In this document: piece after piece, positions 37,403-51,221 of the stretch
Layout: each line of letters begins with the position of its first letter
Numbering within the stretch: the stretch's first letter is position 1
Assembly: GCF_001194135.2 (NCBI RefSeq)
Contig: NC_068984.1
Location: 11,074,500-11,137,755 of the forward strand
Direction of reading: 5' to 3'
Source of the DNA: Octopus bimaculoides
Taxonomy: Eukaryota
Length of the DNA stretch: 63,256 bases
Translations under genes and position numbers: made by a program
Notes under the pieces: generated by a model
Database searches by the model: none
What the model saw: only the letters and a program-made list of their open reading frames with translations
Told to the model about the DNA's origin: nothing

Positions 37403-37904
37403 ACTGCAATTTGTCTGCCATAACAATTCTGTGTATAAAATGCCATACAGAATCAAACTTCTGACATATGTATCGTTTAGTCTTTGCCTTCTCTCCAATG
37501 ACAGAATCTCTTTGTTGCCAACAGAGATAGCACTTCTGTCTCTAAACAAATACCATTTTCTTCATATGTTAGATTCAACCAGTTGAGACACCCAACGCCT
37601 CTCACTTCACAAAGTATTTAGGTATTAACCCTTTAGTGTTTAAACTAGCCCGATGTGGCCCAAATAGTCTACCTGTCTTGTGTTCAAACTGGCCAGATTC
37701 AGCCTCTCACACCTACATTCTAAAGATCAACAACCACATCATCAAAATCTCAAAGCTACAAGATAAGACATGATTAATTCAAAATAAATAAGAATTACAT
37801 TTGACAAAATAATCTGAATGTTAAAAGGTTAAATTTAAAAAAACAAAAGGAAAGATTTTTGCCCAAGGATTCCACAGCTAAGGTTAAAAATTTTTTTAGA
37901 AAAG

Positions 37905-38890
37905 CACAGGAGTGGCTGTGTGAAAGTAGCTTGCTTACCAACCAATGGTTCCAGGTTCAGTGTTAACATGCCGGGCGAAATGCTTAGTGGTATTTCGTCT
38001 GTCTTTACATTCTGAGTTCAAATTCCGCCGTGGTCAACTTTGCCTTTCATCTTTTCAGGGTCAATAAATTAAGTACCAGTTGTACTAGAGTCGATCTAAT
38101 CGACTGACCCCATCCCACAAAACTTCAGGCCTTGTAGAAAAGAATAGCAGTAACAACGATGATTAACTTTAATAAGAATAACAGTATCAATAATAATAAT
38201 AATAATAGTAATAATAATAATAATAACAGAATGACAACAGAAACAACACCAATAATAATAATAATAATAATGATGATGATGCATATCTTAAAACTCCTAT
38301 ATTGTCTTAGTTGATCCATTTCCAGAGCAAAGTAGATTACTGAAGTAAAACATCTTACTTAATCCCTTCAATTTAAGATCTTTAATCTTTGACTACTAAT
38401 TAACATTGCTTAATTACACTAGTCAATATGGTGGCCTTAGCCAGTTTGTTTTGATGTGAGTCTGTTAGCATTTCATTATACTTGTAGGATAATGGATTAT
38501 TACTACTACTATTAAGGCGGCGAGTTGGCAGTGTTGTTGGCACAGCGAGCAAAATGCTTTGAGTTCAAATTCCATCAAAGTCGTCTTTGCCTTCAAGTCC
38601 TATCAGGATCAATAAAAAAAAGTACCATTTGAGTACTGGGAGGAGGGGGGTCGATGTAATTCACTAGCCCCCCCCCCTCTCCTCTGCACTTGTTGGCCTT
38701 ATGATGCATTTTGTCCATTTTTATTGCTTTGCATTCAAATTCCGCCGAGGTCAACTTTGCCTTTCATCCTTTTGGGGGTCGATAAATTAAGTACCAGTTA
38801 CGCACTGGGGTCGATGTAATCGACTTAATCCTTTTGTCTGTCCTTGTTTGTCCCCTCTATGTTTAGCCCCTTGTGGACAATAAAGAAATA
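37905..38890 (+). mobile_element. Cluster of SINE A/B fragments (B head fused to A body at 37905-38140; A copies at about 38514-38700 and 38735-38890)
   Basis: Family motifs are visible. Confidence 0.8.
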
Positions 38891-39499
38891 AGAAGACTTA
38901 AGTTAGAAATAATTAAAAGACAAATGGATATGGTTAATGGAATTGTGATGGTGTTTTTGTTGATATTTTTGTTGGTGGGGTGTTTTTGCATAAAAGAAAC
39001 TAGGCAAGATTGTGTTTTTGTTTAAAATGGAAAGAGAAATTAAGGCGAGGGAGATGCTGAAATGCTTGAGTGGTGATGTATGAGAAATTTGAATCAATTA
39101 CTGATAATAATAGAAGGAAACTTTGCTTAGGACTGTAAAAATTGTGACTCAGTAAATTAGTAATTAAGACATGAGGGAATGAAATTATAAAGTATACCTG
39201 CTGAAATCATACCACAGCAGTAGAGAAATGGGAAAATGAAAAACAGATGGAAATACATCTGAAGCAATAGGACCAAATTTCAATATGTATATAACATTAA
39301 TTTACTCTCTTGGGGCATTAGTATTAATTCTTTAAAGCATTGATATAGGCTACACCACCATCATCATCAATATTACTGTTATCTATAGGGCAGCCAAAAG
39401 GAAGGATAGAATGTTAACATAATTTAGTAAATACTTTACAATGTTCATTGCCCCTTTACTGTCTAAGGTCAACTTTGTCGGTCCAATTCTGTCCTTTTG

Positions 39500-40145
39500 T
39501 CCATTTAGTATCCGTCAAATAAACAGCTGTCACAAGAATTGTTTCTGTCTTTAGATTCCACATTCGAGTTACCTCTATTTCCAGGTCTTTGTATTTTGAA
39601 AGTTTCTCCATTTCTTTTAGGGAAACGTTGTCATCTGCTGGTAATGATACATCAATTAGGAAGCTTTTTTTCCCCATCATGATCTCTGACAACTATATCT
39701 GGCCTATTGGTCTTAATTTCTCTATCTGTGTCTATTGGCATATCTCAGAGTATGGTTGCTTTCTCGTTTTCTGTGACCTTTTCTGGCATGTGTCTATACC
39801 ATCTTTTTTCTGTTGTTATTCCATAGTTTTGGCATAGCTTCCGACTCTGTCGTGTCTGTGAATATATTCCTTCTTAGCCAGGACTGGGCAGCCAGAGATA
39901 ATATGATTTATTGTTTCTTGTCCATCGCCACATATTCTGCAGTTACTTGTTATGTTTCTTTTCATTATATGGTTTTGGTAATTTCTGGTGGGGAGGCTTT
40001 GGTCTTGTGCAGCAATTAAAAATCCTTCAGTCTCTGCTTTGAGTCCTGAGCTTCTCAACCATTGCTGGGATTTTTCTCTGTCTATTTCTTTTGCATTTAG
40101 TTTAGCCCAGTATTTACCATGTAGGGGCTTTTCTTGCCATTGTTT
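39500..40145 (-). mobile_element. Decayed R4/Dong-clade (RLE) non-LTR retrotransposon fragment
   Basis: Translation gives W..KPLHG, CCHC knuckle CRICGDGQETINHIISGC, RHD, RPDIVV and LIDVS..K..KY.DL (restriction-like endonuclease motifs), with a frameshift and a stop. Confidence 0.9.
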
Positions 40146-40149
40146 TATT

Positions 40150-40405
40150 ATTATTATTATAGTAGATGTCACACTGTATACAATATTGTGAGGTTGTTGG
40201 TTGAAGATATTGTGTCTACTGGGGGTTTGTATTGTTTGTCAAGTCACAACAAGGACCTCAGACAGACAGTACTTTACATAATATGTGTGCAATTCCAAGT
40301 AATGCCGACATTTGCAATACACCCAGATTGTAGGATATTTCTAAAGTTCTCAGATGCTTTTACAGATTGGGTGGTATTGAACCCAATGTTCCGGTTGTTA
40401 TAGCA
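40150..40405 (-). mobile_element. Extreme 3' end of a second R4/Dong-like element with a (TAA)n tail
   Basis: Minus translation TGTLGSIPPNL*KHLRTLEISYNLGVLQMSALLGIAHILCKVLSV*, then a short UTR and a TAA repeat. Confidence 0.8.
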
Positions 40406-41179
40406 TTTGAGCAAAACAGTGGTTCTCAGCCAGGGTTTTATAAAAGTTTTGAGAGGTAGGTATCACTTAGAACCCACTTCAAACCCAGGCTACACCTGCT
40501 CTGATAATCAGTGGTGACTTGGTCAGCAAATCGTTTGTAATGGTCAACAATTGACATCAAGATAAACTGCCACAAATCACACTACCCCAAAGTGTGTATA
40601 CATGTGACTGGAACCACATGTGAACTTTGAAAATGTCAGAGCCACCTTGACCCATCCTGTATGAATGCCACCACAAGTACAGGTAAACACATATAAAATT
40701 TATGTGCAATAAATTGGTTGTACTTCTGCAACTCATTATATTTTAACAATTTTTTTTTTATGCAATTTCTAATAATATTTAATTCTAAAAGTGTAATAGG
40801 ATATTTTGAAACCTCAAATAGCCTTGAGAGTCCAGTAGAGTGAAATAGGGTCCATAGGGAACAAAAATGGTTGAGAATCACTGGAGCAAAGGGTTTCACA
40901 TATCATTTCTATTAGTAAACATCTGGTGATATAATTTCATTATTTTGAAAGTAGAGTTTGAGAGGAAATTCCTACAGAAATTATTTAACTCCCAATGTAA
41001 ATTTAATGCTGTTTTTTTTTTTTTTTTTATCCTTGGTAGGGAATACTGTAAAATTCATTCTTTCACATATTCTCAATTATTATTTTAATTTAGGGAAATT
41101 CTGTTTATATATATATATTTTCTTTTGCGCTTTTTGTTTTACTACTTTTATGATAATGGCTGGCTAATGACACCTAAAG

Positions 41180-41198
41180 AGCCAGCTGTCACCCACCA
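41180..41198 (+). CDS. Candidate 19-nt microexon (SQLSPT+1 in phase 0)
   Basis: First AG after an about 85-nt AG-free U-rich tract with a GCTAAT branch-like motif; CCA|gtgagt donor. Confidence 0.45.
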
Positions 41199-41806
41199 GT
41201 GAGTATTGTTTGGTAGCATGTACCATGCTTTTGCTAATTGTTTTAGGTGTTCACAACAATGTAGTTGTGAGCAGAGATAGACACGCCCATGACTTTCCTC
41301 TCACTCAGTGACATCCAAGATGAGAGAGAGAAACAGACAGAAACAGAGAAAGAGAGCTGCATCAGCACTTGGCTGTTTCTTATTTCAAGCTAGATAGAAT
41401 GGAGCAATGTGAAATGAAGTACTTTGCTCCAAAACACAACATGCTTTCTGGTTCGGGAATTGAACCCACGACTTTATGATAATCAGCTGAACACTTGAAC
41501 CACTTAGCTACGTGCCTTCACCTAATGATGCCACAGTAAATAAAGCCAATTGGATCGTCTGCAGACTGATATCAAATCAATATTACACTTACTTACTTAG
41601 ATACATACATACTTTTACATGCCGATGGCATGTAAAAGCACCCACTGCACTCTTGGAGTGGTTGGCGTTAGGAAGGGCATCCAGCTGTAGAAGCATTGCC
41701 AGATCAGATTGGAGCCTGGTGCAGCCACTGGCTCTCCAGACCTCAGTCAAACCATCCAAACCACGCCATCATGGAAAACGGACATTAAACGATGATGATG
41801 ATGTTG

Positions 41807-41837
<31 letters not shown>

Positions 41838-42837
41838 NNNNNNNNNNNNNNNNNNNNNNNNNNNNNNNNNNNNNNNNNNNNNNNNNNNNNNNNNNNNNNN
41901 NNNNNNNNNNNNNNNNNNNNNNNNNNNNNNNNNNNNNNNNNNNNNNNNNNNNNNNNNNNNNNNNNNNNNNNNNNNNNNNNNNNNTATATATCAATCAGAG
42001 TCTCTGGTTTGTTCTTGAGCTATTTAAAAGGTTGTGTACAAAATCTGGAAATTTAAAAGAAAAGAAAAACAAGAAAATTGCACTGGATAATGATTTTCAA
42101 TCCTTTCAAATATTTCAGACATTTATGTACATAGATCAACATTTTAGTCATAAAAGCTCATCTCGTTACCAGGTTATAATATTAGTAATTTGTTCCAGTT
42201 TATTTGAGATTCTTAATGAACTTTTCATCCATTCACACTCCTACATTATGCTTGCATGCCAGCTGGCTGGCATGCGTGTCAGCTTTCCATTGGAAGTGAA
42301 GTCTATTTCTGTTTCACTTTCATTAATGTTCAGCCATTCACACAAATGGCTTCATTAACAGTGCATATCATTAACATAATAATGAGGAGCATTGCTGGTA
42401 ATTATTCTTTCTGTGAGGATCAATCATGTCGGTTATGGAGTGGATAATGATGCAGGCTTTATCACAGGATAACAGTTCTGGTAATGTAGTTTTTTATATA
42501 TATTTTTCTACAAAATTCTGTGCAAGTCATGGTGTTTTTTTGAAACTTTGAGGAATACTTTGAAGGGAATATGTAAATTTGTTAATAATTATCAGGGGAC
42601 ACTTTATTAATTACATTAATTATTGTTATCCCTAATGTTTCCCATTTACCTCTCTACATATTGTTTTTTTCTTTAGTATGGTCAGATTTTGATGCTTACG
42701 CATGCACATATATATGTACATATGCATATATACATATCCATATACATACATTCATATCTTTACACTCACACACACAAATTTATATACACATACACACCTG
42801 TACAAATTTGTTTTATATATACATACATATATATATA

Positions 42838-43153
42838 TGTGGCGTGCAAGAGAGACGATTGCGCTGGTATGGACATGTGGTGAGAATGGAGGAGGATAGC
42901 TGCGTGAAAAAGTGCCACACCCTAACAGTTGAGGGAACCCGTGGAAGAGGTAGGCCCAGGAAGACCTGGGCTGAGGTGGTGAGGCAAGACCTTCGTACAT
43001 TGGGCCTCACCGAGGCGATGACTACGGACCGAGACCTTTGGAAATGGGCTGTGCGTGAGAAGACCCGGCAAGCCAAGTAAGATCGTTGCCAGTGCCCCTG
43101 GACTGGTTCTTGTGCGGGTGGCACATGAGATGCACCATTTTGAGCGTGGCCGT
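42838..43153 (+). mobile_element. 5'-truncated RTE (BovB-like) LINE 3' end; runs into an N-gap
   Basis: VQERRLRWYGHVVRMEEDSCVKKC...GTRGRGRPRKTW.EVV..DL..LGL....DR..W, the typical RTE C-terminus; CpG-retaining, so probably young. Confidence 0.92.
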
Positions 43154-43695
43154 NNNNNNNNNNNNNNNNNNNNNNNNNNNNNNNNNNNNNNNNNNNNNNN
43201 NNNNNNNNNNNNNNNNNNNNNNNNNNNNNNNNNNNNNNNNNNNNNNNNNNNNNNNNNNNNNNNNNNNNNNNNNNNNNNNNNNNNNNNNNNNNNNNNNNNN
43301 NNNNNNNNNNNNNNNNNNNNNNNNNNNNNNNNNNNNNNNNNNNNNNNNNNNNNNNNNNNNNNNNNNNNNNNNNNNNNNNNNNNNNNNNNNNNNNNNNNNN
43401 NNNNNNNNNNNNNNNNNNNNNNNNNNNNNNNNNNNNNNNNNNNNNNNNNNNNNNNNNNNNNNNNNNNNNNNNNNNNNNNNNNNNNNNNNNNNNNNNNNNN
43501 NNNNNNNNNNNNNNNNNNNNNNNNNNNNNNNNNNNNNNNNNNNNNNNNNNNNNNNNNNNNNNNNNNNNNNNNNNNNNNNNNNNNNNNNNNNNNNNNNNNN
43601 NNNNNNNNNNNNNNNNNNNNNNNNNNNNNNNNNNNNNNNNNNNNNNNNNNNNNNNNNNNNNNNNNNNNNNNNNNNNNNNNNNNNNNNNNNNNNNT

Positions 43696-43814
43696 TATAA
43701 GCCTAGTACTTATTCTATCGATCTCTTTTGCCGAACTGCTAAGTTACAGGGACATAAACACAACAGCATCGGTTGTCAAGCGATGTTGGGGGACAAACAT
43801 ATACACACTCACAC

Positions 43815-43860
<46 letters not shown>

Positions 43861-44022
43861 GACGGGCTTCTTTCAGTTTCCGTCTGCCAAATCCACTCAC
43901 AAAGCTTTGGTCGGCCTGAGGCTATAGTTGAAGACACTTACCAAAGGTGCCACGCAGTGGGACTGAACCCGGAACCATGTGGTTCATAGGCAAGCTATTT
44001 ACCACACAGTCACTCCTACACC
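43696..44022 (-). mobile_element. SINE family B
   Basis: Reverse-complement match. Confidence 0.9.
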
Positions 44023-44578
44023 TAAATGATCGTTATAACTTGTAAAACCGGGGATGAATCAAACTTTTGGATTGGACACTTCTAAACTTTTAATGATGTT
44101 TTGACAAAAACTGACTGGCCACAACAAACAAATCAAATCAAATCCATCCGGGAAGAGATGTTACAAGCATTCCCATATATAAGACACATTACTACATATA
44201 TGCATGAAATGATAGAAATACATACATACACATTTTATAGTATTTTGCTGTTTTTCGGGGATTACTGCCGACTATAAATACTTTTGGTGATACATCAGTT
44301 TTAATATAGTCAAATGTAGTGATATTGCTGTGTGAAATCATCTTGTAAAAACCTGTAATCTCCAAACCTGAAATTATTTGGCAATTTACTCACAGGTACA
44401 CTGTCATTAGAACATTGGAATCATTAATTGAGAATTGTTCTAATTAAGTGTTTCTGAACTTCATGGTTTATCTAACCATAGAATAGTGGCTTCTAAACTA
44501 CAGTTTTAAAATTTCCTTTTCATTGTCTTAATTTCATGAAGAAAGAATGTTAATCCTTTTGCAATATTTAGTATTTCA

Positions 44579-44990
44579 AGGCAGCGAGCTGGCAGAAACA
44601 TTAGCACACCGGGCGAAATGCTTAGCGGTATTTCATCTGAGTTCAAATTTCGCTGAAGTTAGCTTTTCCTTTCATCTTTTTAGGGTCGATAATTATGTAC
44701 CATACTGGGGTCGATCTAATCGACTGGCCCCCCTCCCCCAAAATTTCAGGCCTTGTGCCTTGAGTAGAAAAGAATATTTAGTATTTCACTGAAATAATTT
44801 CAGTTTTTCATATTTTAGGGAAATATCTTTCTTCTTCATAAGCTGTGTAGGCAAGAAGCTTGCTTCCCAACCATGTGATCTTAGGTTCAATCCCATTGCT
44901 TCACACTTTGCGCAAGTGTCTTCTACTTTAGCCCCAAACTGACCAAACCCTTATGAGTGGGTTTGATAGGCAGAAACTGAAAGAAGCTCA
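44579..44990 (+). mobile_element. SINE family A (44579-44775) and degenerate family B head (44840-44990)
   Basis: Family motifs. Confidence 0.8.
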
Positions 44991-45264
44991 TCGAATATGT
45001 GTGCATGTTCCCACGCACATTTCTCTACTCTTGTCTTGACATCACGCACTGATTGTAAATGATCATCACTGTTATACATTTCCACTGTTCATTTCCAGTC
45101 TTCCTTGAGGAAATATTACTTTGCTTAGAAAACAGATAAGAGTTGGTAATGAAAAGGTCGTCCAGCCATAGAAAATCTGCCTTGACAAATTCTGTCTGAC
45201 TCATGCAAGCATGAAAAAAGTAGATGTCAAAACAATGAAGATGATAATAACAATTACTACTACA

Positions 45265-45299
<35 letters not shown>

Positions 45300-45829
45300 A
45301 ACTATTTGTTCATGACATTTCAATTGGAGAATTCTAGATTTTGATCCTTCTGTGTTAAACAATGAACACAGTAGAGTTATATTCTTAGTATATTCTAGTT
45401 AATAACCCAGTTTTAATTCTTGGTTTAGCTATTAAATGTTTCTTGTGTTGTTGATGAATTTAGAAAAGATATTAACATTAAAACTTTCTATTTCATTTAC
45501 ATTTTTATTTTTCCTAAAATCTTCATTGCATCTTGCCACCTTTTCAATAGTCTTTGACTCTGTCCATTATCCTAGCCACCTTCTTTTTGTTTGTTTGTGC
45601 ACATGTATATGGATCAGAGTGTGTATGTATGTAAGTGTGTGTATAATTCTCTGTAAATTACAAGCATTTGGTCTTTATAGATAATGAATTCTGCAACAGG
45701 CTGATCTTAGTGTTTTTGTTTATTTGTTCTCGTTGGCTTGGTCTGGCGGTAGGGACTGTATCAACATAGTTTGACAAGACCAGCTATATGAACTACATGT
45801 TGCCTCTTAAATGTTTTGCATGTTGACAG

Positions 45830-45857
45830 CTGCAGGAAAGACATTTTGCAAACAGAG
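45830..45857 (+). CDS. Candidate 28-nt exon (xAGKTFCKQ in phase 1); alternative end at 45881
   Basis: ttttgcatgttgacag|CTGCAG tandem acceptor with TGCATG at 45817-45822; donor GAG|gtttcc is weak. Confidence 0.3.
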
Positions 45858-46088
45858 GTTTCCTGAAGGATAACATTCCGGGTGGGAAGAACTAGAGTTA
45901 GCTTGTTTAAGTCCCTGTAACTTAGCAGCTCAGCAAAAGAGATTGATAGAATAAGTACCAGACTTTACTTGAAAAAATAAGTGCTGGTGTTTATTTGTTT
46001 GGCTAAACTTTTCAAGGTGGTGCTCCAGTATGACTGCAGTCCAATGACTGAAACAAAGAAATGATAAAAAATACACTATAATGAGGAC

Positions 46089-46300
46089 TATGTACTGCAA
46101 TAGCTTGGAATTCAAGGGCCCACAGCTTGCCAAAACATCTGAGGGATCTCCATGGAGTGGGAGTAGATGTTTTCAAGAAACAATTTGACCTCTTGCTGTC
46201 CAAGATCTCAGATGAACCAATACCAAGGCAGGAAACTCAGAAGAGAGCAGCAGTGTCAAATTCTTTCACCAAGAGCCAATCACATAGAATTGACCAATTA
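46089..46300 (+). mobile_element. CR1/L2-group LINE 3' remnant
   Basis: NSLEFKGP.L..PKHLRDLHGVGVDVFKKQFDLLLSKISDEP......RAAVSNS matches the LP..IR....FK..LD..L..IPDEP...AA.SNS terminus. Confidence 0.75.
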
Positions 46301-47159
46301 AAAGGTGATTACACTGGCAAGTGCCTCAGCATGGCCACAGCCTCAGGGCTGAAACACATAACAGAATAACACGCACCAACTCTAGTCATTCTAGTGCTCT
46401 CTAATAATTAAGATACATAGATTTAAAATGACACCAGGAATATTAAAAAAATGAAGCTGTTAACAAGAGAAGCGAGAAGTGATTGTAGTTATGCAATCAT
46501 TTTCACATTAATAGAATGGAGTTTTTTTCCTCCAATGTCTACACATCAATTTTAAGGACCAAATTTGATAATTTGATTGAATAATTTCAGTTTTTTTCAT
46601 TGGTTAAATCAATTAAAATTAAATTTTCTCATTGAGACTAGAACATACAGCTTTCAAGGAATTTTTTTAATTTTTAAAAAAAATTTTCATTTCTTTTTTT
46701 TTTTTCCTATCTCTATTCATTTCTGTGTAATTTGGAATCAATTCTGGTATTTCATCCTTTCATTGTCATCAATAAAAGAAAATGTTAGTAATTTTCTAAG
46801 ATTGATCCAATCAGAAACATTATTCTTCCCGAAAGAACATTTTGCATTCTCCATTCCTTTTGTTATTTTATGTTTTTTCTTTCTTTTTTTTCCAAATAAT
46901 TTTTCATCCATTTTTCATGCCACCATATTTCGGATGTTTTGAACAGTTTGTATTTTGTATGAATTATAGCACTTTTGGTTTATCTTCCAATGTCTTTCCT
47001 CTAGCTGCGCTAGGACTACTTGTCCATGCTCAGGTCTGTGCTACTCTGCTTGTTTTACAGTTAGATTAACTTTAGAAGATAAAACAATGCTGCTTATCTT
47101 AGAATTATGCAGATTAGCATACCCGAATCCCACCTTCACCACTCTTTCTCTACCAGTCA

Positions 47160-47712
47160 TTCCATCTCCATAGATTCTGAGTTCAAATCCTGCCAAAGTC
47201 AATTTTGTCTTTTATCTTTTCTGGGGTGTGTGTGTGTGGGGGGGGGGGGTAATAAAATAAAGTTACAGTCAAATACTGGGGTCAACAGGATCATCTAATC
47301 TCCTTCCCCTCAAAAATTGCTATCCTTGTGCCTAAATCAGAAAATATTATTTGTTCATCTTTATGTTCTGTGTTCAAATTCCACCAAGGTCGACTTTGCC
47401 TTTCATCTTTTTGGGGTCAATAAATTAAGTACCAGTAAGACACTGGATTTGATGTAATCGATTGTTGTGCCTCCAGTAGAAAGGATTATTATTATTGTAA
47501 GGTGGCAAGCTAGGATTGCTAGCATACCAGGAATAGTGCTTTGCTGCATTTCGTCTGTCTTTACGTTCTGAGTTCAAATACCACCGAGGCCAACTTTGCC
47601 TTTCATCCTTTTGGGGTCAATGAAATAAGTACCAGTTAAGCACTGGGATCGCTGTAATCGACTAGTTCCCTCCCGACAAATTTCAGGCCTTGTGCCTTTG
47701 GTAGAAAGGATT
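47160..47712 (+). mobile_element. Three tandem SINE family A copies or fragments
   Basis: Repeated ttctgagttcaaat..gcctttcatc..ggggtc domain. Confidence 0.8.
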
Positions 47713-48190
47713 ATTATCATGTGGAAATTTCCTTCATAAATTAGATGTTTAATTAATTATAGACCATAATTTAGTTGGAACAACTGAAATTTTGTGCCAA
47801 TTTTCTTTAGATTATTTATGTGTTCTAATGTTAACCTAAATTCTTGGTCTCCAAGAACAAAATCCTCTAAGACTTTGTATATAAGATCATTTCTTGCCAT
47901 TTCCACTCACAGAAAAGCAAATGATATGCATGTATGATATTGTGTAACCTGAAAATATGAAGAACTCACAAAAGTATTATATTTAGGTTTAGAAGTAGGG
48001 TGTCTTGTAAGTGTAGCTGAATAGTTAAGGGCTTTGCTTCATGATCACGAAGTTCTGGGTTCAATACCACAGCTTGGCATTTTAGGCAAGTATTTTTATT
48101 ATAACTTTGGGCAAATCCAAACTTTGTTTGTGAAATTGGGTAGAGAGAAACTATAAAAGCTCATCAGATATGTGTCTGTGTGTGTAGGAA

Positions 48191-48425
48191 GGCGGCGAGC
48201 TGGCAGAATCGTTAGCACGCCGGGCGAAATGCTTAGCGGTATTTCGTCTGCCGTTACATTCTGAGTTCAAATTCCGCCGAGATCGACTTTACCTTTCATC
48301 CTTTCGGGGGGTCGATAAATTAAGTACCAGTTACGCACTGGGGTAAACGTAATCGACTTAATCCCTTTGTCTGTCCTTGTTTGTCCTCTTTATGTTTAGC
48401 CCCTTGTGGGCAACAAAGAAATAAG
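48191..48425 (+). mobile_element. SINE family A, near-consensus (young) copy
   Basis: Almost identical to 2335-2564, with CpGs intact. Confidence 0.93.
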
Positions 48426-48964
48426 ATGTGTGTGTGTATGTGTGTTTATACCTTTGCCTTGACATTATGTGTAAAGCTAATTTTGTATGTTTCTGGTCTT
48501 CCTTGAGAAAAATGTCTGGCCATGGGGAAATATTAATGAACTCATAAAGGTGACCAGCAGAAGTTAGTGTTGTTATTGTTGAAAAGATGGTGAATAACAA
48601 TTTTGTAGGTTTCTACTAAGTCAGTGGCTAAATATTGAAACTTTGGTAACAATCTGCTCAAATAAGTTTCTGGCCTTGTGGTTAGGATGTTGCATTCAGA
48701 AATTAAAGATTGTGGTTTCAATTCCCAGACCAAGCAGTACATTGAGTTCTTGATCAAAACACTTCATTTCACATTGTTTCAGTTCATTTAATTGTAAAAT
48801 GAGTCACCATGTGACAGACTGGTGTCCCATTCAGAGGGAGTGTTGTGATCTTGGTCCATGACATGGAAACCAGCTAACCAGCCCTGAGTCCTGCGAAACA
48901 GGACAGGATAGTACTTATTCAAACAGGGTTAGATTTTTCTTTTATCTTTCTCTTTATCTATCTA

Positions 48965-49330
48965 TCTTTTACTTGTTTCAGTCATTAAACTGCGACCATA
49001 CTGGGGCGCTACCTTGAAGAATTTTCAGTCGAACGAATCAACTCCAATATTTCTGGTGCTTATTCTATCATTCTCTTTTGCCAGACTACTAAATCACAGG
49101 GACAATAAACAAACCAACACCAGTTATCATGTGGTCGAGAGCACAAAGGCACACACACATATACACACACGAAGGACTTCTTTCAGCTTTCATCTACCAA
49201 ATCCACTCACAAGGGTTTGGTTGGTTCGAGGCTATTGTAGAAGACACTTGCCCAAGGTGCCATACAATAGGACTGAACCCAGGACCATATGGTTGGGAAG
49301 CAAACTTCTTACCATACAGCCATGCCTGCA
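48965..49330 (-). mobile_element. SINE family B
   Basis: Reverse-complement match, CpG-decayed. Confidence 0.85.
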
Positions 49331-49954
49331 CCTATATTTATTTATTTATTTGTCATGTTCTAATTTTTTTACGACACCACTAAACAAACTATCATAGCAA
49401 CATCTTCAAAAATTGTAATTATCAGAACAGATTGATAAACTGCATCTTGTGTCTTGATAAAATACATTTTACCCCCATTCCTTGTCATCTCTCATCTCTG
49501 TAATCAAAAAAATATGTATCTTGATATTCTGTGTTCTGTCATCTTAAATATTGTTGGTATCATATTAGCTTCAGACCAATTTTTCTTATCATGCATCATT
49601 TCGGTTATCTAACAAACAAAGCACTCTACTGCTATTATCACCATCACCACCACCAACACCATTGACACACTGTCATTACTCCTGCTACGAACACTCTCAT
49701 AGTTTGTTCATTATCAAATAATAAGGTATCATATTTTAGATAGGGAGATAGGCAGACAGACTGACAGACACATGCATATATATTGTTGACATCATCATCA
49801 TTGTTTTACATTCCCTCTCCAGCATCCAGTCCATGCTACCATAGAAAGTAGATGTAAAACAATGATGATATGTATTTGTGTGTGTGTGTGTGTGTGTGTG
49901 TGTCTGTAAGCACATACACACACATATATGCCAGTATGAAAAATGGACATTAGA

Positions 49955-49996
<42 letters not shown>

Positions 49997-51017
49997 TCTT
50001 TTATTCTTTCACTTGTTTCAGTCATTTGACTGTGGCCATTCTGGAGCATCACCTTTAGTCGAGCAAATCAACCCCAGGACTTATTCTTTGTAAGCGTAGT
50101 AGATTAAATGACTAAGTTTGGAAGATTTTTAATTCAGAACTTTGAAAACAAGACATTTGTACTACAGAGCCAGAGCCTGTTTCAGCCGAGTTGGTATCGA
50201 AATGGTTAAGAAGGCCAGACAAAATGCTTCATAACATTTTGTTCATCTTAATGTTCCAAGCTCAAATTTCCACTGAGGTCAACTTCACCTTTCATTCTTT
50301 CTCTGGATGTTCAACATCAAAGAAAGATAAGATTATACAAGATTGAGATTCGTGTTAGCATATGCCCTTTGGGATACTTTTAAGCCATCATATACCCACT
50401 CCACCATGCTAGCAAGTAAAAGTGGTTATTAAAATGATTATAATGATAATGATGTTCATGATACTATCTGTTATTCGGTGTTCAACTTATTGATAAATAA
50501 TAATACATAAAAATGTACCGGCATGGGACTTGAAAACTGCATTCCTGCATTTCATGGAGATTAAAAACTGCATCATTTCCTTAAATATTCCTATGTTTTG
50601 TCAAAATGCATCCCTCATAACTTACCTTTAAATAAGAAACTTTCTTCCTTCTCCAACACACAATTTATTGAGTTTTTTTAAAATAGGTGTGAAGCTGCAA
50701 ATTCAATGAATGCATCAATATAAGAGTAACTAGCTGCACATTCTCATAAGTCTAGTCTATGTAGTTTGAAAAAAGTTAGGAGTAAAGAAATGAGGGTTGC
50801 ATTCTCACACTTTGTGATGTGTGTAACACCTGTTCGAAGAATAAAAATAGATTAGTTATTTGCAGCTGTGTGCACTTGTGTAAATCTGGTTGCTCTATGT
50901 TACAAGTTTGTGCATCTGTTCATCAATGTACATGCAACCAGAGAGAATTTGCTGGTTAATAATAATTATGGATGGTTAATTTATTTATTGGCACACGTCC
51001 CAAACTGGGAGCTTGTA

Positions 51018-51055
<38 letters not shown>

Positions 51056-51182
51056 TCTCACACACATGCACACACTCACACACACATACACACACTCACA
51101 CACACATACACACTCATACACACACACACACTCACACTCATACACACACACACACTCACACCCATACACACACATACACACA

Positions 51183-51220
<38 letters not shown>
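51018..51220. repeat. Compound (CA)n/(CT)n microsatellite
   Basis: Visible directly. Confidence 0.97.
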
Positions 51221-51221
<1 letters not shown>

